A model generated the notes under the pieces. That model was given only the letters and a program-made list of their open reading frames with translations. It searched no databases and was not told the DNA's origin. Made by a program: the position numbers and the translations under genes. From Burkholderiaceae bacterium (GTDB lineage: Bacteria; Pseudomonadota; Gammaproteobacteria; Burkholderiales; Burkholderiaceae_B), in contig OZ248330.1 in assembly GCA_965234315.1 (NCBI GenBank), positions 3,704,688 to 3,736,687 of the forward strand: 32,000 nucleotides of DNA. Reading direction: 5' to 3'. Below are positions 9,012 to 14,667 of the stretch, in pieces (position 1 is the first letter of the stretch; the number at the start of each line of letters is the position of its first letter).

Positions 9012-9426
9012 TTCCTACGCTTTCTCCATCAAACGTTTGATACGCACGGGTAGCTTTAACTAGACTGTCGTTGCTCAGAAATATATTTTCAATTTCCACA
9101 TTAGTTATTTTTTCCCAAGGATAGACTGCGTACTTGCTTGGGCGTGGATACAAATTGTTACCGGCAGCGTCTTCGCCTAAACATATCTCTCTAAATGCCC
9201 TAGCTTGTACATTTCGATTATCTACATCAAAACCAGCTATTTTGAGATCAGCCAAATGCTTTTTAAATTGAGCCTCAACTTGTTTGTCAAAGTCACCCCA
9301 AGCCTTTTTCGTAAAGTCTTTGTTGTATCCCTCTGCTTTTTCTTTACGCTTTCTTAAATAAATTACAACAACACAGCCCACTAGAAACAAAACCGAAATG
9401 ATTAGCTTTATGTTTTCAAAATCCAT
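9012..9426 (-). pseudogene. 5' fragment (codons 1-138) of the IS21-interrupted membrane-anchored protein gene
   Basis: GGAGG lies 5 nt upstream of ATG 9426. There is one N-terminal TM helix (IKLIISVLFLVGCVVVIYL). The reading frame runs into the IS and stops after 7 IS-encoded codons (track ORF 8989..9426). Confidence 0.8.
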
Positions 9427-9506
9427 ACTGTCCTCCGATTTTTCTTTGCGCTTGACACCATGTAAGCTGACGCCTACTTTGCGAATGCGTACAGATAATT
9501 AATAAA

Positions 9507-9671
9507 TTATTTTGTTGTTTTAAAAAGCGATCCGTTCCTTACGTCTAATCGAAAGTACTGACGGCAACTTGAACATTGAACAGGTGTTGTTCCATTGTTT
9601 GATGCAGACTTAAATGTGCCTGATGCACTGCAGTGGGGGCATGAAAGGACAAACTGTGGGGTCGAAGACAT
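9507..9671 (-). CDS. Unlisted 54-aa zinc-ribbon protein (CPHC...CSSC, MJ0042-type-like)
   Basis: My codon-by-codon translation gives MSSTPQFVLSCPHCSASGTFKSASNNGTTPVQCSSCRQYFRLDVRNGSLFKTTK*. AGGAG lies 7 nt upstream of the ATG. It is the first gene of the minus-strand operon, divergent from the XRE gene. It falls below the 60-aa cutoff of the track. Confidence 0.55.
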   Translation of the reverse strand: MSSTPQFVLSCPHCSASGTFKSASNNGTTPVQCSSCRQYFRLDVRNGSLFKTTK

Positions 9672-9683
9672 TCTTGCGCTCCT

Positions 9684-9698
9684 AGTTGTTACCTACGT
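9684..9698. repeat. Partial copy of the island site (AGTTGTTACCTAcgt) in the XRE / zinc-ribbon divergent control region
   Basis: The 12 nt AGTTGTTACCTA are identical to 13134-13145. The second half-site is degenerate. Confidence 0.45.
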
Positions 9699-9716
9699 TT
9701 ATTTGCAACATCGCTG

Positions 9717-9735
9717 ATATCCTAAATTGGGATAT
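9717..9735. promoter_or_regulatory. Palindrome ATATCC-N7-GGATAT 27 nt upstream of the XRE start; possible operator
   Basis: Read directly. It overlaps a TATACT -10-like hexamer. Function is inferred from position only. Confidence 0.3.
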
Positions 9736-9761
9736 ACTAGAACGGGATTCAAAATGTTGCA

Positions 9762-9992
9762 ATGTCCAAGTACATTCAACGTGAATCTACACTTCGTAAG
9801 CTATTGCGGGCTGGAAGATTGCGTTCTAATTTGAGACAAGTAGACGTTGCAAAGACGCTTGGTAAACCACAGTCGTACATTGCTAAGGTTGAAAACGGCG
9901 AAAGGCAATTGAGCTTTATAGAAGCGTTAGATTTTTGCGACGCCATCAAGTTAGATGCACACGAACTGGTGGACAAGCTAACTAAAGAATAA
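9762..9992 (+). CDS. XRE-family (Cro/CI-type) helix-turn-helix transcriptional regulator
   Basis: 76 aa. The LRQVDVAKTLGKPQSYIAKVENGERQLSFIE pattern is the canonical XRE HTH. Confidence 0.8.
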   Translation: MSKYIQRESTLRKLLRAGRLRSNLRQVDVAKTLGKPQSYIAKVENGERQLSFIEALDFCDAIKLDAHELVDKLTKE

Positions 9993-10010
9993 GCCTTAGC
10001 CAATCTAAAC

Positions 10011-10454
10011 CTACTTGCCAAATGCCTTGCGTGTACGCAAACTTGCTTCAGCAATCGCATCGTCCAGTTCGCCGTTAGCGGCAGCAGCCATCAGCACCTT
10101 CAGCGTATTAATCAATTCAGCTGTGTTGTTGAGCTCCACAGCATTCTTGCCACCTTTAGCCAGCGTCAGTGTGCTTGCGCCATACTTCACAGCCAAATTG
10201 ATTTTGCCAGTTTCTGCAGTCCAGTACCACTCACGCACACGCCGCTGCACTTCCACAACAGTTTTTGTACCTGTTGCTGCGTCCACAACTGTACGCAATC
10301 GTTTAGCCGTGTAAACGTCACCTGTCTGCTGTGCGTTACACAACTCCAATTGCTCTTGCAGTTTTGCACACAGCTTCATGCGCCGTTGTACCGCTGGACT
10401 AGCTGCACGACTTTTACGTGCTGCTACGAACTTCAAGTTTGCCAATGCACTCAT
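10011..10454 (-). CDS. Hypothetical protein (147 aa), of a kind I recall from genomic islands of other proteobacteria
   Basis: AGGAG lies 6 nt upstream of the ATG. The layout is a basic N-terminus (KFVAARKSRAASPAVQRR), a central beta-rich region, and a C-terminal helix. The family name is not confidently recalled. Confidence 0.6.
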   Translation of the reverse strand: MSALANLKFVAARKSRAASPAVQRRMKLCAKLQEQLELCNAQQTGDVYTAKRLRTVVDAATGTKTVVEVQRRVREWYWTAETGKINLAVKYGASTLTLAKGGKNAVELNNTAELINTLKVLMAAAANGELDDAIAEASLRTRKAFGK

Positions 10455-10604
10455 TTCCTGCTCCTGTGTATGTTTAAGCTACATACACAGTCTGCTGCCT
10501 GTCTTTTGCGATGTCGATGGCTTTTGGCAAGATTTTTTATGAATGCTTATGGAAAGATATGGAAAGGCAATAAAAAATTGGGTTTTATTAGGTGAAGACT
10601 AAAT

Positions 10605-11198
10605 ATGTGTATGACACAACATACACATTTGCAGCCACTTCAGCACAGCTACAGGCAATTCATTTACCCATATGCACAGCACATCACATTTGCGGTGACA
10701 CTGACAATGAAAATGCGGGCAAAGGTACGTGTTAAGCGATTTGATAATTATGGTGATGAATACTACGAATACTGGGTTACGTTGGACGATGAAAAAATAC
10801 GCAGCACAATTTGCAGATTTACAGCCAGACTCACAGCATTGCTTTATGGCAATCATGCACGACACAAAAACAAACGGGCGTGGGCAACGCCGCTGCTTAT
10901 AGTTGCTGTAGAGGGGCGCAATACACACAAGCGTCAGCACTTGCATTTGGCATTAGGCAACATACCTGATGCAAAACGCACACACATTGAATCGTTTATT
11001 AAGCAGGCTTGGGCTGATTGTGATTTTGGTTACAAGCAGACTGAAACAAAGTTGCTATTTGATGGTTATGGCTGGTTGGACTACATGACAAAAGAAGTGG
11101 GATATACGGACAACGATGCGCTAGACGTTGCATCCAGCACTATCCCAAAATTTATACAAGACAGCATTTGTACAGAAAGTCGCTTGCTCACTGCATAA
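10605..11198 (+). CDS. Candidate HUH-superfamily endonuclease (rolling-circle Rep / inovirus Gp2-like motif order)
   Basis: 197 aa with AGGTGA 9 nt upstream. The motif order is ITFAVTLT (motif-1-like), QHLHLALG (H-u-H) and WLDYMTKE (Y-x-x-K), with spacing typical of small RCR initiators. This is motif-level evidence only. Confidence 0.5.
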   Translation: MCMTQHTHLQPLQHSYRQFIYPYAQHITFAVTLTMKMRAKVRVKRFDNYGDEYYEYWVTLDDEKIRSTICRFTARLTALLYGNHARHKNKRAWATPLLIVAVEGRNTHKRQHLHLALGNIPDAKRTHIESFIKQAWADCDFGYKQTETKLLFDGYGWLDYMTKEVGYTDNDALDVASSTIPKFIQDSICTESRLLTA

Positions 11199-11554
11199 AT
11201 TAACAATTAGATTGCACTGCGATTGAGGTTGGAGACCTTTAAATACTATTGCTACGACTGCAATATTCAAATAGCTAACAATCAAGCTAATCAGTAAAAC
11301 TAGCCAGCACCTAAACCATATACGAATACATGATGACTATACAAAGTATAGAAAGCACCAGTTAGCTCACCATCGCAACAACCACAACGCTGTCATCAAG
11401 CTCATCAACTACTTCATCAGCTTGTCGCAGCGTACCCACATGTACTTCAGGCACTAAAAAACAACGAATCGCAGCTAAATACAAATATATGGAAATACAC
11501 AGAACGTTATATTTTTTGAGCAGAACGAACTGAAGCAGTTGAATTCATTGAGGA

Positions 11555-12232
11555 ATGTACTTGAACACAAGAATAAAAAAAAACATCGCAAAGAAAAAAA
11601 ATAATACTTATGCTTTTAATACAGCGAAATATTGGATTAAAGGCAAAAAAAACGCAATGAAGCAAGCGAAAACACTTACAGCACCTGAAATACGCAGAGT
11701 GCTGGACTACATAGCAACACGCAAGTACGCAGCCAGAAACAGAGCCATGTTGTTGATGACGCACTTGGCTGGCATGCGTGTTGGTGAGGTGGCAAGTTTG
11801 CGTTACAGAGACGTGATCAATACAGATCACACAGTACGTGCTGAGATACTGTTGAGTGCAGAGCAGACGAAAGGCAATGAAGCACGTACTGTGTACATAA
11901 ACGAACGACTACGCAAAGAGCTCACCACTTACATTCAGTCACAACGCTTCAGCACTCACCCACGTACTAAATTATTTGGCACACAGAAACGCCAGATCGA
12001 CGGGTTTAGCGCCAACTCACTAGCCCAGTACTTCCATCACTTGTACAAAGGCGCAGGCATCGCTGGTGCCAGCAGTCACAGCGGTCGTCGCAGCTTTATC
12101 ACCAACTTAGCCGGCAAAGGCGTTGGGGTGCGTGTGATTATGGGCTTGAGCGGGCATCGTGCGCTGAGCAGCGTACAGCACTACATTGACTGTAGCGATG
12201 ACATGAAACGGCGTGCTGTGGAATTGGTATAA
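11555..12232 (+). CDS. Small tyrosine recombinase with only the catalytic domain (FimB/FimE-sized)
   Basis: Catalytic boxes are AGMRVGEVASLRYRDV (Arg), SSHSGRRSF (H-x-x-R) and LSGHRALSSVQHYI (His...Tyr). The probable start is ATG 11657 (MKQAKTLTAPEIRRVL..., 191 aa), which parallels the FimB N-terminus. There is no N-terminal core-binding domain. Confidence 0.8.
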   Translation: MYLNTRIKKNIAKKKNNTYAFNTAKYWIKGKKNAMKQAKTLTAPEIRRVLDYIATRKYAARNRAMLLMTHLAGMRVGEVASLRYRDVINTDHTVRAEILLSAEQTKGNEARTVYINERLRKELTTYIQSQRFSTHPRTKLFGTQKRQIDGFSANSLAQYFHHLYKGAGIAGASSHSGRRSFITNLAGKGVGVRVIMGLSGHRALSSVQHYIDCSDDMKRRAVELV

Positions 12233-12234
12233 AA

Positions 12235-12260
12235 AAAGCGCAGCAATTACGCTGCGCTTT
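12235..12260. terminator. Bidirectional rho-independent terminator between the convergent genes
   Basis: Stem AAAGCGCAGC / GCTGCGCTTT with a 6-nt loop, flanked by an A-run on the left and a T-run on the right. Confidence 0.6.
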
Positions 12261-12275
12261 TCCTTAATGCCCTAC

Positions 12276-13115
12276 TTATGCAGCATCCGCATCTTTAGCT
12301 GCTTTGTTATCGTTTGCAGCCTTCGCAAATCTACTTACCTCCGCTTTTAGCTTGTTCTCAGCCGCATATTCCTGCTTAATTTTCTCATAGTGCTGCATCT
12401 CACCGTCTTTCATAAAATACTCCAAACCCGCTTTATAGTTTGCCAGCCTTGCAAGTAGCGTTTGTTCTAGCTCACTATCCATCGGCAAAATATCTACCAC
12501 GTTGTATTTGCTGCCATCGTGTGTACAAACCATATATCTAAATTTGCACCTATTTGCTGCGTCATGCATACGTGCACGTAGTTTTTCATCAATTTCAAAT
12601 GTCGCTAGTTTTTGCTGCCCCTCATCTGCAAGTAACTTCGCTACAAACGCACCCATATGCATATTGCCAACGTTATTTTTTTCCTCTTCTGCACGTTCTA
12701 CTTCACCCACACGCAACTTATCAATGCCGCCGTTAGCTTCAATGTAATCAGCTAGCCCGTCTGCACTAATACTATTGTTTATTGCTTGTTGCAGTACACG
12801 TTTGTAAGTAAAAATTGTTTTTCTATGTATTTTACGCAGCACTAATCGCACAATCACACCCAAGTCGCCTGTCTTAGCAGTTGTTTTAACTGTGTACGTT
12901 TCTTTAAGTACTTTACGCATTGCAAGTATTACTGCATCTTTGTCGCTGCGTTCAAGCACACCTTCTGCGTATCGCAAAATTTCTGCCAACATCGCATACA
13001 GCTCCTTGTTTGCTCTGTGCACATAAGTATCTACATATTGCTTGTACTGTTCGTGCACAACATTGCTGCTATCAATTACTGTCTTGTACTTCTCAACGTT
13101 CGCTTTCTTAGCCAT
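12276..13115 (-). CDS. Hypothetical protein (279 aa), helical with an acidic/Lys-rich C-terminus
   Basis: AAGGAAG RBS lies 5 nt upstream of the ATG. No family recognised. The 16-bp site lies 22 nt upstream of the start. Confidence 0.6.
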   Translation of the reverse strand: MAKKANVEKYKTVIDSSNVVHEQYKQYVDTYVHRANKELYAMLAEILRYAEGVLERSDKDAVILAMRKVLKETYTVKTTAKTGDLGVIVRLVLRKIHRKTIFTYKRVLQQAINNSISADGLADYIEANGGIDKLRVGEVERAEEEKNNVGNMHMGAFVAKLLADEGQQKLATFEIDEKLRARMHDAANRCKFRYMVCTHDGSKYNVVDILPMDSELEQTLLARLANYKAGLEYFMKDGEMQHYEKIKQEYAAENKLKAEVSRFAKAANDNKAAKDADAA

Positions 13116-13137
13116 TTTTACTTCCTTATTTAAAGTT

Positions 13138-13153
13138 GTTACCTAAGTAACGT
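13138..13153. repeat. 16-bp site GTTACCTAAGTAACGT (left member of the perfect inverted pair)
   Basis: Exact reverse complement of 14057-14072. It is internally a 14-bp near-palindrome, GTTAC-CTAA-GTAAC. Confidence 0.85.
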
Positions 13154-13265
13154 AGGGTTTGAAATATGCAAAAAACACTTTGTTTTCAGCATGTATCCAT
13201 TGTATTTTTTAGTGATTTTTGCTGATAATATCTGTTTGTAAACAATTGATAGTGTTAGCATTTAT

Positions 13266-14057
13266 ATGAACAAAATAACCACAGCTGTCAAGCAAGCCAA
13301 TTCAAAACGACGTGCATTTGCCACACGTCGCTATCCACTGTTTGGACGGGGCGTGTACAGCGATGCCAGCCCGCCTGCTAGCGTCATCAACAGTCCGTTT
13401 TATTGGTGGTTTAAGTTTCTACAACTTAACGATGAGTATGCAAAGGCTGTCGCAGGCAAAACCAGCCGTGTGTCACGTCGGGTTGCGAAGGATTTTGGTG
13501 ACGTGCGGAACACGGACTTTAAAAGCTGGTGGTACGCACACGTGGATTTGTTTGCTGAGCCGCCCAGCGATTACAAGATGGTTGTGGCAACCACAGCGGA
13601 TGAGCTAGTGGCGTTTGGTGACAGCACAGCCGTCAACTTGGTGGTGCCATTAACTTGGACTAATGTGGGGCTCAAACGCAGATTTGCTGAGATTATTGAC
13701 AAGCTGGTGGCTAAGACGCCAGCTGGAGTTCGTGCACACACAGCCAGTGAGGCCAAGTACAGGCTGGGACGCAAATGGAGCACAGTGGGCTTTCAACATG
13801 CGTACGATGTTTACGTTGCCAGACAAGCTGCGCAGGCAGAGATGGCAGAAACAGGCAAGAAAGTGGCTTGGGCTGATGTTGCTATACGTGCGGGATTGCC
13901 AGCTGCCAAGCGGATACAGAGAGGAGCTAGTGCGTTGGACACTGGGGAGGCCAGACGGGTTTTAACTATTTTGGCTGTCAGGCACTATCGGCAAGCTCAA
14001 GCCTTTATTGCTGCCAGTACCAGCACAGCGTTTCCTGCTGCTAAATCCATCAAGTAA
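13266..14057 (+). CDS. Hypothetical protein (263 aa), basic, Trp-rich N-terminal region (SPFYWWFKFLQLNDEY)
   Basis: Long ORF with coherent composition. It is divergent from 12276..13115. No family confidently recognised. Confidence 0.6.
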   Translation: MNKITTAVKQANSKRRAFATRRYPLFGRGVYSDASPPASVINSPFYWWFKFLQLNDEYAKAVAGKTSRVSRRVAKDFGDVRNTDFKSWWYAHVDLFAEPPSDYKMVVATTADELVAFGDSTAVNLVVPLTWTNVGLKRRFAEIIDKLVAKTPAGVRAHTASEAKYRLGRKWSTVGFQHAYDVYVARQAAQAEMAETGKKVAWADVAIRAGLPAAKRIQRGASALDTGEARRVLTILAVRHYRQAQAFIAASTSTAFPAAKSIK

Positions 14058-14072
14058 CGTTACTTAGGTAAC
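14057..14072. repeat. 16-bp site ACGTTACTTAGGTAAC (right member of the perfect inverted pair)
   Basis: Exact reverse complement of 13138-13153. It overlaps the last base of the TAA stop of CDS 13266..14057. Confidence 0.85.
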
Positions 14073-14107
14073 GATTGACTGCGGCTTTAATGTGACGCAT
14101 CGACGGA

Positions 14108-14599
14108 CTAACTACGAGGAACAATTACACCTGCTTGTGTCAACTCTTCTACCCGCTTGTCGTATCTAACACCGTGTTGGTTTTTATCTATTCCCCAAAC
14201 ATTTTCATTTAGTAATCGCTCTTCAGCAAGTTGCGCCGCACTACTCTTGCTTTGAGCATTTGCATGACTACGTATGTGCTCAACTGTCAAAACTAATTGC
14301 GGACCTTGTTCATCTACGGTCGTTTTCATTCTGTAACCTTCACTTATATTTTCGCTGAAAGATCGCCTCACAATTTGACCATCTGCGTTATAAGTTCTGC
14401 TGCTTTCATACTGGCGCTGAGCATCTAACAAATTTGCAAGCTCTTGCTTTGTTTTTGCACTCAGCGCCAAATACTGTTGTGCATCAACAAAATTTGTATG
14501 CTCTTGTGCTGTTTGTTCGCTGAACGCAGTGGCGCTAGTTTTTCTTGTAGAGCAAAACAGTTCTTGCCATTTATTTTTTAACCACTTGCTCAGTTGCAT
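14108..14599 (-). CDS. Hypothetical protein (163 aa)
   Basis: ORF 68 nt downstream of the Sel1 gene on the same strand. No signal peptide and no recognised motifs. Confidence 0.5.
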   Translation of the reverse strand: MQLSKWLKNKWQELFCSTRKTSATAFSEQTAQEHTNFVDAQQYLALSAKTKQELANLLDAQRQYESSRTYNADGQIVRRSFSENISEGYRMKTTVDEQGPQLVLTVEHIRSHANAQSKSSAAQLAEERLLNENVWGIDKNQHGVRYDKRVEELTQAGVIVPRS

Positions 14600-14667
14600 T
14601 CTCTATCCCCATCTGTTCATCAGCGGATTACTTGCGACTATGTAACTTAATGTTTAGTTTTACAACT

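Noticed and set aside
11575-11652. Three A8-A9 homopolymer tracts considered as slipped-strand phase-variation switches for the recombinase
   Set aside because: They lie upstream of the most probable start (11657). Poly-A tracts of this length in an AT-rich leader are equally explained by DNA bending or composition. There is no evidence of frame control.
10599-11830. Antisense ORFs 10599..10946 (-) and 11507..11830 (-)
   Set aside because: Their translations are Cys/His-rich and low in information. They lie opposite better-supported genes (the HUH-like protein and the recombinase).
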